Made by a program: the position numbers and the translations under genes. The notes under the pieces were generated by a model. It worked only from the letters and a program-made list of their open reading frames with translations. It was not told the DNA's origin and searched no databases. 64,000 nt of DNA, from assembly GCA_951406725.2 (NCBI GenBank), contig OX597837.1:558001-622000 (forward strand). The letters run 5' to 3'. This stretch comes from Octopus vulgaris. Lineage: Eukaryota. The first letter of the stretch is position 1, and each line of letters begins with the position of its first letter. Below are positions 13,914 through 29,521 of the stretch, one piece after another.

Positions 13914-14063
13914 CATACATACATACATACATACATACATACAAATATATATGTATATATATATACATACAAATATATATATATATATATATGCATATAT
14001 ATATACATACAAATATATATATACATATATATATAATACATGTATATATATTTATATATATAT

Positions 14064-14099
<36 letters not shown>

Positions 14100-14144
14100 C
14101 ATATATATATTTATATACATATATATATATATATAAATATACAT

Positions 14145-14195
<51 letters not shown>

Positions 14196-14484
14196 CATAC
14201 GAATGCGAGCAACTCCAAAAATAAAAGAAAAGCAACAAGAAGAAAAGAAATTAGAGAGAAAAAGGTGTAAAGAAATTTTGGAAACGTTGTTGAAATAGGA
14301 AATACTGAGAGAAAATTTTGGAAAATGCAAAGAAAATGGAATATTTTTTTAAGCAAATTCGAGGAAACAGATTTCAGAAAAAGAGAAACAGAATATACAA
14401 AGATTATAAAAGACAATTATAGACAACCACGAGTACGAAGAAGTTACGTAAGCACATATGTTATAGGTATTTATGTCCATGCTT

Positions 14485-14538
<54 letters not shown>

Positions 14539-14794
14539 GTGTGTGTCTGTGTGTGCATATGTTTCTATGTGTATTGTAATAAGTAAATTATAGTTTACAT
14601 CTAACAAGACCAAATCTAGTAAATGGACTGAATATGTGTTTAGGTAGATTAAACAAAAATTCATATAAATACCTATTTTTTAAAAATTATATACATACAT
14701 ATACACATACATATATACGCGTACGTAGAGTAAGCATATATGTATGTGTGTATATGTCGATATATATATATATATATATAATTGTATATATATG

Positions 14795-14982
14795 TAGGTC
14801 CCGGGTTGAGTCGGGGTTAACCACAGTAAATAAGGTACTCAATACATGGCAGAGTAAATTAATTCATTTTATAGAATGAGCTTCTACAGGACTAGAACTG
14901 TTTCATTCAAATGAAATCATCAGGATGATTTCATTTGAATGAAACAGTTCTAGCCCTGTAGAAGCTCCTTCTATAAAATAAG
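14795..14982 (-). ncRNA. Small foldback element containing a hammerhead motif
   Basis: Inverted arms at about 14866-14920 and 14924-14978; minus strand 14883-14925 reads tc-CTGATGA-t ttca tt tgaa t-GAAA-cag ttctagtc ctg-TA-ga. Confidence 0.55.
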
Positions 14983-15083
14983 TATATATATATATATATA
15001 TATATACAATTCAGTCCCACTGCATGGCATCTTGGGCAAGTGTCTTCTGCTATAGCCCCGGGCCGACCAATGGCAAATATGCG

Positions 15084-15180
<97 letters not shown>

Positions 15181-15184
15181 ATAT

Positions 15185-16211
15185 ATATGCAGCTGCCCTC
15201 ATATGAAGTTGGTTCATCTGGGACACCTGACAGGAAGAGATCCAGCTTCATTTTAAAGACATCTGTATCCACCCCATGCAGGTCTCTCAGGTTCTTCGGG
15301 AGGATATTGAAGAGCTGTGGGCCTCGGAAGCCCAGGCTATCACAGAATCTTGTCCTACATCTTGATGGCAGGTTTGGAGTCCTTGGCACCACGCAGTGGC
15401 GCCCAGTTCTGGCATTTGCGTAACTCTCGATGCCAAAGTTCAGGACACTTCCCTCCAGGATCTTCCAGATGTATATTATGGCATATCTTTCCCGCCTACG
15501 CTCCAGAGAATATAATTTTAATCTCTTGAGTCTTTCCCAGTAGCTTACATTCTGCATAGAGGCTATCTTCTTTGTGTAGCTTCGTTGGATCGCCTCAAGT
15601 TCTGTGATCAACTTGACACTGGATGGTGACCATAGCTGAGAGCAATAGTCAAAGTGGCTTAGGACAAGTGTCTTCCAGAGGACCATCATGGTTTTTTGTT
15701 CTCTTGTTCTAAAGGTTCTAAGAATCCATCCAGCCAGCCGTCTACATTTCATTGCCAGTTTAGCAACATGTACATGAAAGGTCGCGTCATCACTCATGTG
15801 AATACCCAGGTCACGCACTGATTGTGCCTCTGGGATTGCAATCCCTCCGGGTCCAGTGTATTCATTGGGTATTGCATTCAGTTTTGCATGCTGATAGTAT
15901 AAAGCTTGAAACTTTCCAGCATTGAACTGCATGCTATTCTTTTCAGCCCACTTGTATATTTCGTCTAGCTCACATTGCAGGTGTTTAGTGTCCTCAGGGT
16001 TCTGTATTGCCTGTGAAACTTTTGTATCATCTGCATAACTTGTGATCGTGGCTCTCTGCGTGGCTGAGGGCATGTCTGAGAGGGCCATTATGAACAGTAG
16101 TGGTCCCAGAACAGTGCCCTGCGGAACACCGCTCACTATTTGTGTGTTAATGGAGGTGGCCCCATTGGCTACTACCACCTGACTTCTATCCTTCAGAAAG
16201 TCATGAAGCCA
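15185..16211 (-). mobile_element. 5'-truncated CR1-group LINE with an uninterrupted RT C-terminal ORF
   Basis: About 330 uninterrupted codons: [52 protein letters not shown]; sits between (TA)n tracts. Confidence 0.93.
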
Positions 16212-17643
<1,432 letters not shown>

Positions 17644-17646
<3 letters not shown>

Positions 17647-17807
17647 CGCAGGAGTGGCTGTGTGGTAAGTAACTTGCTAACCAACCACATGGTTCCTGGT
17701 TCAGTCCCACTGCATGGCATCTTGGGCAAGTGTCTTCTGCTATAGCCCCGGGCCGACCAATGCCTTGTGAGTGGATTTGGTAGATGGAAACTGAAAGAAG
17801 CCTGTCG

Positions 17808-17840
<33 letters not shown>

Positions 17841-19203
17841 ACGGAATCACCCGTCGTCGCCCGTCCCGAACGGCTCACACAAGTTCCGCCACGGAACCCA
17901 AAGAGGAGGAGAGGAGAGATACAACAACAACCACAACCGCAGCAGCACAGATATACAGAGGCACAACCCGAGATACAACCCAAAGAGAGGCAAGGCAACA
18001 GAGACACTGGCTTATATATTCAAACAACAGTTTATACGACAATCAATTGCTACACATCAAATACATTTAAGGCAGACATTTAAAGGAAGACATGCACGTG
18101 ACTACTCAATACATCATGCAACAGATCAACGCATAATACAACAGCATTTCAAGAGTACACGTCCGAAGACAACAGTTCTTTAAAGTCTCTTCCTAAACAT
18201 CACAATCAACAAGTCCTTTACTCTTCTTCTTCACAATGTCCTTTATCGACCACATCGACAGAGTCCTTGACTGTTCTTTTCACTGTTCAATACACCGTGA
18301 CACATATCAATGCACAAACACATACCTCAATTCCTAATTGAATCTGCCAGTGTCCCATTCCTCTCAATACTGCTAATTCCTCTGAATACTGCTAATTCCC
18401 TTCTGCGCCGCCAAGCTTTCTCGCATCCAACTTGCTCCTAAGAATTCTAACGCTTGCTCCTTAAATCCAAGGTCCGTCTGTCTTCTTCGAGGACCGGCCA
18501 GCGACTCCAAGATCCGTCTGTGTTCCTCGACGACCGCTCAACGACTGCCCTTCTTGACGACCAACTACCAACCGCCAGAACCACACTTCCTTGTCCTGCC
18601 TTTCTTCCACTCCCCTCATCTCCCTCTGTACCGCTCACACCCTCTCTAACTGCCCTGGTCCTTATATCCTATCTATATCGCCTGCTGTCTCTTAGCCTTT
18701 CTATTTGCTCTCTGATTCCTTACTCTATCTATATCGCCTGCTGTCTCTTAGCCTCTCTATCCGTCCCCTACTGCTTATACCCTATCTCTATTTGCTCTCA
18801 GCCCTTAATCTGTCTTCCTGTCTCACATTCTCCTGACCCTCTTCTCAGCCGCACGAGGTCACAGGTCATTCCAAAACCCATTAGTCCTCCATTAGACAAA
18901 AGACTGTCACATTTTCACCAGACATCATGGTGCCATTATTCCTATGTGGGTCACCAGAAATGCACCTAGCCAACCGTAACAATATGTATGTGTGTGTTTG
19001 TGTGTCTGTGTTTGTCCCCCTAGCATTGCTTGAAAAATGATGCTGGTGTGTTTACGCCCCCGTCACTTAGCGGTTCGGCAAAACAGACCGATAGAATAAG
19101 TACTGGGCTTACAAAGAATAAGTCCCGGGGTCGATTTGCTCGACTAAAGGCGGTGCTCCAACATGGCCACAGTCAAATGACTGAAACAAATAAGAGTAAG
19201 AGT
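17644..19203 (+). mobile_element. tRNA-derived SINE split by an LTR insertion (5' part 17644-17808, 3' part 18982-19203)
   Basis: A/B-box-like head (gtggctgtgtggtaag...ggttcagtccc); the same family occurs at about 15008, 31880, 49762(-), 54740(-) and 63903. Confidence 0.85.
17837..18981. mobile_element. Solo LTR (Gypsy-like), 1145 bp
   Basis: Inverted termini TGTTACGG...CCGTAACA with ATAT on both sides (possible 4-bp TSD); no coding content; interrupts the SINE's internal microsatellite. Confidence 0.8.
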
Positions 19204-19635
19204 ATATATATATATATATATATATATAGATATAGATATATGCATATATATATACGCCAATATATTTATCTATGTACCTATGTTTCTGTCTATCTATCTC
19301 TCTATCTCTCTATCTCTCTATCTATCCATCCATCCATTCGTACATACATACTGATGGTGTGTGTGTAAGAGAGAAAAGGGAGAAAGAAAGAACAATAGAA
19401 ACAAAGAAAGAATCAGTGGTTCCATCAGTTAATAGCAAGGTTTGGTCAGAGATATTTTGCAAGAAAAGTGTATTCCCGTCTGGTACAAATACACACGAAC
19501 AAGCTTATGCAGACACACGCCCAGTTATGCGCATGTTTACGTTCACCCGTATATGTTAGTGTATATCTCTTGGCATATGCACAGAGATAAGTAATTGAGT
19601 ATGCACACATACACACACATACAAGTATACTTAGA

Positions 19636-19678
<43 letters not shown>

Positions 19679-20162
19679 AAAGAGAGGTGTATGAATGTGT
19701 GTGTGTGTGTCTATAAATGTGTTTGCTCCTGTTCGTGTGTGCAGGTGTATATAAAGGTGTGCGCGAATCTGGACAATGGATGCAACAATATAGATTAAAG
19801 AACTCTCCCGCCCCTCTCTCTCTCTTTATCTATCTCTCTATCTATATATATATATCGTGATCATCTATCTCTATAAAAGTCCTTTGAAACAGAACGAATC
19901 TGTATAAATTATACGCACATACTTAAGTGCATGCGTAATGTTATATACTACTGTTTTTATATACACATGCGGACATGTATACACACACACATATACACGC
20001 AATTAATATAATTGATATATATAGACTTATATAAATAATATATATGCGTCATTCATCTGTATAAACATACACATGCATGTACATATGTATGTATATATAT
20101 TCATATATTATATATATTTCATATCAAGTACATATTAATCGGCACACACACATACATACACA

Positions 20163-20202
<40 letters not shown>

Positions 20203-21026
20203 GGTATACCTAAACATAGGAATACACGACTATGCAATGATATATATCTATACATTCGCATATATGTATAGGCGTGTGTGTATAGTTGTATAGTGTGTAT
20301 ATATATATACATGTATGTATGTATATGTATGTATATATATATACATGTATGTATGTATATATATATATATGTATGTATGTATATATATATATACATGTGT
20401 GTGTATGCATGTATGTATGTATGTTTGCAGGTACGTAATAATACAGATTCCCAAATATTGGATTTTGTACGGTATATAAGAATATCACAAAAGCGCCATT
20501 GCTATCGCAACGCCACCAACCATCGCCTATATCACGTCTATCATTATTACTTTTATTATTATTATTATTATTATTATCCGCCTCAGCAGCAACAGCACCA
20601 GCAACAATCGCAGCGCCACCATCGGCAACATAGAGCCATTTGGCAATAACTACAGACAAAACAATTGAGGAAGCGCAAAAAAGATTATCTTGAAGGTAGG
20701 AATTTTAAAAGGTACCAACTTAAAGGGTTTGGAGTGGTGGTGGTGGGAGGATCATTGCAGACGTGAAGTGGAGAGATGCAGTGATGGTGCAGCACGCAAC
20801 GATGGCGGAATGGTGCAGCGGAGGGCTGGTGGGTGGTTGACTTGGAGGGGACGATGCTCTCAAAAAACGTACCGGAAATTGGATAAAGAAATAAAAATAC
20901 TTGGAGATAGAATGGTAGTGACACATATATGTGCGTGTGTGCATGAGCAACATAAGTATATAAATATGTGTTTATATATATGTATATATACATCTGAAAT
21001 ATATATATATGTGAATGTGTGTGTAC

Positions 21027-21059
<33 letters not shown>

Positions 21060-21414
21060 TATATGGGGTGGGGGGAGAGAGGACGAGAAAGACACAAGTA
21101 TCTATTTATAATGGGAGAGTGAAAGAATTGGAATATAGAACGAGATAAGTTTAGATAGACAAGTGATGCTATGCGAATATATATTATGGTAGGAGCATTG
21201 TTACACGCATTCCTAAATACGTGCGTACATACATCTTTATACAAGCATATAGACATTCATATATAAATAAGAATTCATATATGCCCATGTGCGTATATCC
21301 AAACATATATATATCTGTGCATGTGTATATGCTCGCTTCTATGCTTACATTTACGGAGATGTACTTGCATAGCGAGTGACTTGATCTGAGATCGTGTGCT
21401 GGAACGAAAACAAT

Positions 21415-21698
21415 TGCAGCGTGGAAGGTGTTTATAAGAAACACACAAAAACCGTTTTAAGAAACACACAAAAACCGTTAGATTCACTTCAACAATTGAA
21501 TTTAATTTGTCAAAATATTTTCGTCGCTTTGAGACCGCGACCTGTTCACTGACAAAACTTCGTACTGCAGTTTTGTCAGTGAACAGGTCGCGGTCTCAAA
21601 GCGACGAAAATATTTTGACAAATTAAATTCAATTGTTGAAGTGAATCTAACGGTTTTTGTGTGTTTCTTAAATGGCTTATAAACACCTTCCACGCTGC
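21415..21698. repeat. Foldback element carrying a G3:C8-variant hammerhead on each arm
   Basis: Inverted arms around a short loop at about 21559-21568. Confidence 0.9.
21572..21622 (+). ncRNA. Hammerhead ribozyme with G3:C8 core variant (identical copy on the minus strand at 21506-21556)
   Basis: tttgtca-GTGAACA-g-gtcgc ggtctcaaa gcgac-GAAA-atat-TT-tgacaaa: 7-bp stem I, 5-bp stem II, palindromic AATATT stem III. Confidence 0.75.
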
Positions 21699-21733
21699 AT
21701 GCTTACATTGTTATATATATATATATACACATG

Positions 21734-21799
<66 letters not shown>

Positions 21800-21899
21800 T
21801 ACACTCATACATGCATACATATTGTGTGTGTATGTATATCCATTGCTACATACCGTAGAGATGAGAACACTCAAAATAACGAGTACCCCGTTGCTTTGG

Positions 21900-22880
21900 C
21901 GGGAAACAGCGACGTTTCATTCGGAGACACCATTCATTCCTAGAAATAGGAATGGTAAGCAATCAATCTGTCTCTGTAAAACTCACACTCACTCTTCTGT
22001 CCCTCACAGGATTCGCGTCTGTCCCAAACTGTGTACCTTCTTAACCGCAATGTTCTCCTCGCCCTCCTCTGTAGTAACGCTCACCATGATGCAGGTGACA
22101 CGTCCTTTCACCGCAACTTCGTCTGAGCTTGTAATCTCTAAACACGACCTACCCTCCACATTAAATTTGCAACCATGATCGGAGGCAGTGAGTCTTTCAT
22201 TGGAGTTATGCCTAACTTGTCTCTTTTAAGAGCAAAAAACACCAAAACAACCTTAAAAGCTCAAGCCTTACTCATGTTAAGAAAATAGCACTGTACCACA
22301 CTCAACAAACATGTGTGGTAAACATAGAGTGCCCCTGTTGCTGTTTCAAATGCTGGACCTTACTATCATCAGGGATCCGTCCTGGTGAAATCATACTCTA
22401 TGGATATGTAGGACAGCAGCCTAAATACTAGCCCCTTTCTGTGAAGCCACAGGGTATTTTAATTCCCATAGCTGCTGACTATGTGCAAGGAAAGAGGCTT
22501 ACAAATAGGGTACTGCTACCATATCTAAGACAGTTCTGTCACTGCCAACGCAACCGTCTTGGATAGCATTCGGAGAAAAAGCTCGCCACAGATTGATAAT
22601 TATTAAAGAACACACTCATGTCTCAGACCCACAGCCTCGCTGCCTCATCTTTGTATTTTCTTTTCTACCATTAGTAAAATAACCTGTCCTCTCTGAAAAA
22701 GTTTCGCTTCATATTGCCATCGCTCGACTCTCTCGACTTTGCACTCCTCTTTGTTGGGGTTGAGACAGATCATCAGAGACACTTAGGACCTCCTAGAGCC
22801 AGTAATTCCGCCTCCCCCCGATTATCGGCTCTTTGGATTCTGTTGCTTGCTCATATCTTCCTGCAACGCTTTAAGCAGAT
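21900..22880 (+). mobile_element. Old degenerate CR1/L2-group LINE RT fragment
   Basis: Frameshifted VPQ/GS.LS-like motif near 21995, then LTIIRDPSW*NHTLWICRTAA and GYCYHI*DSS..VLDSIRRK, matching LSW.NHI..I.K.A and EYCSHIW..LD.IQR. Confidence 0.6.
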
Positions 22881-22961
22881 TTTTAGAGGTTAGTGTAGAG
22901 CGGCAAAGGTCATGGGTCTTTCCCACAGACTAGCAAATGAGAGAATAACGCAGATACACAC

Positions 22962-23025
<64 letters not shown>

Positions 23026-23111
23026 ACACACAATGTATATGCACAAACACACACACACTCAAGGACACACACACACTCAAGGACACACACAATGTATACA
23101 CATACACATAT

Positions 23112-23430
23112 AGGCGTGAAGGCGCGTGGCTCGGTTGTTAGAGCGTTGAGTTCATAATAATGAGGGAGTGAGTTCAATTTTTGGACAGGTTTGTATGTTG
23201 TGTTCTTGAGTAACACACGTTATTTCACGTTGTTCCCGTACATTCAGCTGTAGAAATGAGTTGTGACGTCAGTGGTGCCAAGCTCCTTTGCCCTTTCTTT
23301 GGATGACATCAGTGGGGCCGCGAGATGGGGGCTGGTCTTCCATAAACAACCTTGGCCAGACTTGTGCTTTGGAAGGGAATTTTCTACGTTAAACCCATGG
23401 TCATTCATGACCGAAGGGTGTCTTCACCTG
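23112..23430 (+). mobile_element. tRNA-derived SINE (second family)
   Basis: Head gaaggcgcgtggctcggttgttagagcg..gagttcaatt; related copies at 55408 (+) and 62940-63127 (-). Confidence 0.75.
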
Positions 23431-23499
23431 TATGCACACACACACACACACACACACACATCGAAACATTCACTCATCTGTAGACATTCATACTTACAT

Positions 23500-24041
23500 A
23501 AACACACATACATACAAACATACATACATGTATGCATATAATATGTATATATATATATGTATCTTTATATATATGTATGTATATATGTATATATATATGT
23601 GTATATATATATGTGTATATATATATATATGTGTATATATATATGTATATATATATATATGTATATATATGTGTATATATATATATGTGTGTATACATAT
23701 ATGTGTATATATATATATATGTGTGTATACATATATGTGTATATATATATGTGTGTATATATATATATATGTGTGTATATATATATATGTGTATATATAT
23801 ATATGTGTGTATATATATATGTGTGTATATATATGTGTATATATATATGTGTATATGTGTATATATGTATATATGTAAATATGTATATATGTGTATATGT
23901 ATATATATATGTATATATATATGTATGTATGTATATATGTATACATGTATATATGTATATGTATGTATATTTATATATATATATGTATATGTATATATAT
24001 ATATATGTATATATATATGTATATATATATGTATGTATATG

Positions 24042-24108
<67 letters not shown>

Positions 24109-24160
24109 GTATGTATTATGTATGTATGTATGTATGTATGTATACACACACACACACACA
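23500..24160. repeat. Compound (TA)/(TG)/(TATG) microsatellite
   Basis: Read directly; similar tracts at 13890-14200, 26575-26905, 36060-36650, 40710-41930 and 48077-48940. Confidence 0.95.
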
Positions 24161-24698
24161 CATTTATCTGATTCAACAACATGCAAGACACGAGTATCTC
24201 TGAGTAACGAAACGCTAAATCTTGCTCTTCAATTGAACGGACTCTACTAAATGTATTAAGCACAATTTTCCCTGGTTTTACTTACAAACACACACATACA
24301 GATATGTACTCTCTTTGTGTGTTTCTTTCTTTCTTTCTCTCTCTGTCTATCTCAATCTGCATCGCATATACACATACAGACACAGGTCGTCGCACGTACA
24401 TACCATATATAAAATTATACATTATATGTATATTCAATACACCTATACATAATGTATAAGTATATATATATTATTGTTTATGCAGTTGGACAGTATATGC
24501 ACACCAATATCTATGCATATATGTATGCATGTTTGAAAGTATTCTGTCTATGTATGTATGTATGTATGTATCTATCTATCTGACTATATGTTTGTCTGTC
24601 TGTCTCTGCTTGGCTATCTATCTATCTATATCTATCTATATATATATAAATGCATACATATGATGTATGATGTATATATATATATATATATATACGTG

Positions 24699-24745
<47 letters not shown>

Positions 24746-25044
24746 GTGTATATATATATATATGTATATGACTGAATATATATCTGTATATAGCTATATG
24801 TATCTGTGTTTAAACATACGTACATTTTCTTGGAGTGTTTGCTGTTGAAATCAACAGATTTCCAAAATAATTTTTTTTTTAAACCAAAACACATTTTCGT
24901 GGCAAATATTGAAGTAAAAACAGATAAGATACTAGAAAAACGGCGGTATATTGACAAATGTAATAATGGCAGTAAATATGTGATGAGGAGAAGAGGAGAG
25001 GCGGAGAAAGGAATGGTGGGAGGAGGAGGAAGCCAGCGAGAAGT

Positions 25045-25085
<41 letters not shown>

Positions 25086-25349
25086 ATCTTCTGTAAAAAT
25101 ATTTCTATGTTTCTATGGGATTATTGCACTGACAATGCTGATGTACAAAAGATGGAGATAAACAATGATAGCTGGTTATTTTACTTTTAAAAAAATATAT
25201 ACATACAGTATGAAGGCATCCACGTTTGTATCTATGTATATAAATTATAAACAAAGTTATATATATATATATATATACATGTAGATATATATGTAAATAA
25301 ATATATGAATCTATGCATTTAGCGTAAGAAGTGTATGTACAAATATGCA

Positions 25350-25390
<41 letters not shown>

Positions 25391-25432
25391 CACATATATA
25401 TACACACACACACACACTTACACACACACACT

Positions 25433-25477
<45 letters not shown>

Positions 25478-26754
25478 GCCTGTAGTGTCTGCATATATGT
25501 CTATTGTGAGTGAGTGTATGCCAATGAGAAGCACGTGTACATCTCGGCGCATCAAAACGAAAGTGCTCAATGACCATCTGCAAAAAGTTATAAGTTACTC
25601 GTAGCCATGATGTACGTCAAAAGTGAATGAAAAAAAGTCCAAATTATACACAACGTGAAGACGTCATATGTATGCCTATGCCACAACTCTTTTCTTCGAC
25701 AGACCTTGGTTTCTGTGGCAAACAACCTAATTCAGGCAGTGACCAAAAGACGATGTTCTGTGTGACCACTATAGCAGTTAGTGACGGAAAGTGACAGATG
25801 AACTGCAACGAAGGCCTTTATATACTATCGAAGTATTATTGTCATGCATGATAGACAATATCCCATAATGCACCTGACAAAAAATGCAGCCATCAAGGCA
25901 ATCTCTTCGTAGAAGTAACATTCACTTGCTTTTATGCGGAGTTATACTAAAAAACTGCAGGATTACTTTTGAACAAATTCCAGCAAATACGGATTTTGAA
26001 ATTTTAAGGCCAGTAATTTCAGGGGAGCGGATAAGAGTTCAATTGGTATTTTTTTTTTTATCCAGTTCGAAAGGATGAAAGGCAAAGTCGACCTCGGCAG
26101 TTTTTGAAGACATAAAGGCGAACTAAATGCTGCAAGGCTTTTTACTCGACTTGGTAACGATTATTAAAGGATAAAGACAGAAAGAATGAAGATAAAAATA
26201 AATTCTTTCTTCATCCCTAATTTATATTAGGATCTCTCCTTGTTACCAACTCGTCTGAGCCTACTATAATGAAATATCACCTACACCTCACTCCAGTCTA
26301 CCTAAGAACTAGTCTAGCAGATTCATTTCTCACCCGAGTCGCTTTCAGGAACGGCGAACATAGTTGGTCATTCTGCCATTTCACAGTTGGTCTCCACAGA
26401 CACATTCGTATTGTATTCTTGGAGTATTCTTTTGTTTTCTAAAATTACTTCTCAACCGTTGATTACGATCTTTTATAATGATGTAATATTCTCATTCTTC
26501 TATTAAAAGGTTACGTAAGAAACAGGTGTATTGAGCTCGCAATTATTCACCGTATGTTGTTATTCGTTCGACCATATATATATGTGTATATATGTATGTG
26601 TATATATATATATATATGTATATGTATGTATATATGTATATATATATGTATGTATATATGTATATATATATGTATGTATATATATATATATATGTATATG
26701 TGTGTATATATATGTATATATGTATGTATATGTGTGTATATATATGTATGTATA

Positions 26755-26803
<49 letters not shown>

Positions 26804-26904
26804 GTGTGTATATATATGTATATATGTATGTATATATATGTATATATGTATGTATATATGTATATTTATGTATATATATGTATGTATATATATGTATATA
26901 TATA

Positions 26905-27370
26905 TGTCAGGTCACTTTCGAGTGCTACGGGTAACATGTAACCCAGTACAACCTGTTGCATAGTCGGGTCGTCGGCGACTAAACCGGCAACCCCACCAAG
27001 CTTGCTTGGTGAAGAGGGTGTTTATTGGACACCCTGCGGGATGAAAAAAAAAACCCGTCATAGGGCGGAGGAACTCTTGAGAGTCAACGGCCATCCAATA
27101 AATGTCTTAAGGCTGTATCATGCGCGGGGACATAGAAATAATCGGACTGGATGCCCGATCGCGCGGTTAAACCATTGGGAGTGAAGGACTCCTAGCCTTT
27201 GTTAGGGCATCCTTCTAGGAGAAGTTAACTCAGGTAACTGGGATAACTCCGACATAAAACCTGCGGCTCAGTGGTTACCGATGATGTTGACTTGTTCTTC
27301 GGATTATGGTTGCTGGTGCTTAGTGAGAAGACTCTGCACAGCTTTTCCTCACTTTAAAACAAATCTTCTT
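26905..27370 (+). mobile_element. Repeat resembling an RTE-type LINE 5' UTR, non-autonomous
   Basis: The first 190 bp or so are similar to 34467-34660; contains gggcatccttctaggagaag...aaacctgc, which resembles RTE 5' UTRs. Confidence 0.5.
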
Positions 27371-27859
27371 GCACAGGAATTGCACGATGACAACATTGAT
27401 TAGGTTTCGTGCAATGGCCATACTCGATAACGAGGGGGCAGCCACCATATATGTTTATATGTATATGTATGTATATATATATATATGTATATGTAGGTAT
27501 ATATGTATATATATGTATATGTGTACATGTATGTATATATGTATGTATATATGTGTGTGTGTATATGTGTATGTGTATATATGTGTGTATATATATATAC
27601 ATATATATGTATATAATATACATGTGTGTCCTTGTTCCTGTGTTTGTGTCCCTGCAGCGCTTGACAACCGGTGTGTTGGTGGTTCGGCCAAAAAGACCGA
27701 AAGAGAAAGTCCAAGTTTTGAAAAAATGTAAAAGTATTCTGGTCGACTCATTCGGCGAAAATTCCTTCAAATTCTTCAAAGCTGTCGAATAAATGAAGCA
27801 GTTGTAAAAGTAAACGATAAAAAATTATATACTGATGCTGGTTATTAATTGACTGATAA

Positions 27860-29140
27860 TAATAATGGTTTCTGATTTTACCACAAGGGCAGTCATTTTG
27901 GGGGAGAGGATGAGTGGATTACACCGACCGCAGTGTTTCACTGGTATTTAATTTTAACGATTCCGAAAGGATGAAAGCAAAGTGAACCTCGGCGAAGTTT
28001 GAATTCAGAATGTAACACTAAGCATTTCGCCCGGCGTGATAACGATTTTACCAGCTCACTACTTTAATAATAATAATAATCCTTTCTACTGGAAGCACAA
28101 GGCTTTAAATTTTGGGGAAATTATTTAATCGAGCTAGAAAGGTTGAAAAACAAAGTCGACGAAGGTGAAATTTGAATTCAGAGCGTAGCGAAGGGCGGAA
28201 TACCTATTTCTTTACTATACACAAGGGACCAAACACAGAGGGGACAAACAAGGACAGGCAAACGGATTAAGTCGATTAAAGCGACACCAGTGTGTAACTT
28301 GTACTTATTTTATTAACCCCAGTGTTTAACTGGTACTTATTTAATCGACCCCGAAAGGATGAAAGGCATAGTCGACCTCGGTGGAATTTGAACTCAGAAC
28401 GTAGCAGCAGACGAAATACCTATTTCTTTACTACCCACAAAGGGCTAAACACAGAGAGGACGAACAAGGACAGAGAAAGGAATTAAGTCGATTATATCGA
28501 CCCCAGTGCGTAACTGATACTTATTTAATCGACCCCGAAAGGATGAAAGGCAAAGTCGACCTCGGCGGAATTTGAACTCAGAATGTAGCGGCAGATGAAA
28601 TACTGTTAAGCGTTTCGGCCAACTCGCGGCCTTATAACATTTCCATTAAAATAAAGAATTGCTCAGTACTGTTTGTATGGTAATAGTTATCTTACTTTCA
28701 AGACGCCGAACTGGTAGAAACGTTAGCACCTTGGGCGAAATGCGTAGCCGTATTTCGTCTGTTGTCTGACTTCAAATTCCGCCGAGGTCGACTTTGCCTT
28801 TCATCCTTTCGGAGTCGATAAATTAAGTACCAGTTGCGTACTAGGGGCGATCTAATCAACTGGTCTCCTCCTTCAAAATTTCAGGCCTTGTGCCTAGAGT
28901 AAAAAAGAATATTGTATCTTACTTTCAAGGCGGTGAGCTGGCAGAAACGTTAGCACGCTGGGCGAAACTGTTAGCGGTATTTTGTTTGTCTTTGCGTTCT
29001 GAGTTCAAATTCCGCCGAGGTTGACTTTGCCTTCAACCCTTTCGGAGTCGATAAATTAAGTAACAGTTGCGTACTGGGGTCGATCTAATCGACTGGCCCT
29101 CTCTCTAAAAGTTTCGGGATTTGTGCGTATACTAGAAAAA
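27860..29140. mobile_element. Cluster of at least six SINE copies (Meta-domain-like); minus-strand copies then plus-strand copies
   Basis: Repeated gagttcaaattccgccgaggtcgactttgcctttcatcctttcggggtcgataaattaagtaccag on minus (27860-28630) and plus (28700-28910, 28928-29140); further copies near 130, 26010, 30780 and 30962. Confidence 0.85.
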
Positions 29141-29462
29141 CACATTTATCTTATTTTTACAAATGATGACAGTAACTTCGAAGTTTCTGTTAGCTAGCCT
29201 TATATATCTAATCACACATTTATATACAACGTGTTTCTGTACAGTTTCCCTCTCTCGAGTTCGGCTGGCCCTGGAGTGAAGGAAGCATTGGCCTTAGGTA
29301 CCACACAATAGTATTGAACCCGAAGGATACACAATATAAAGCAATCCAAATATCTTTGTGTTTCATATACACTGTATGAAATATCACACAATCCTATACA
29401 TACATGCACATACGCGCGTGTGTGGGCGTTTGTGTATGTGTGTGTGTGTATATATATATACG

Positions 29463-29521
<59 letters not shown>

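Noticed and set aside
27860-29140. Repeated motifs with spacers as a possible CRISPR array
   Set aside because: Irregular spacing, long degenerate units with tRNA-like heads and a eukaryotic context indicate SINE copies
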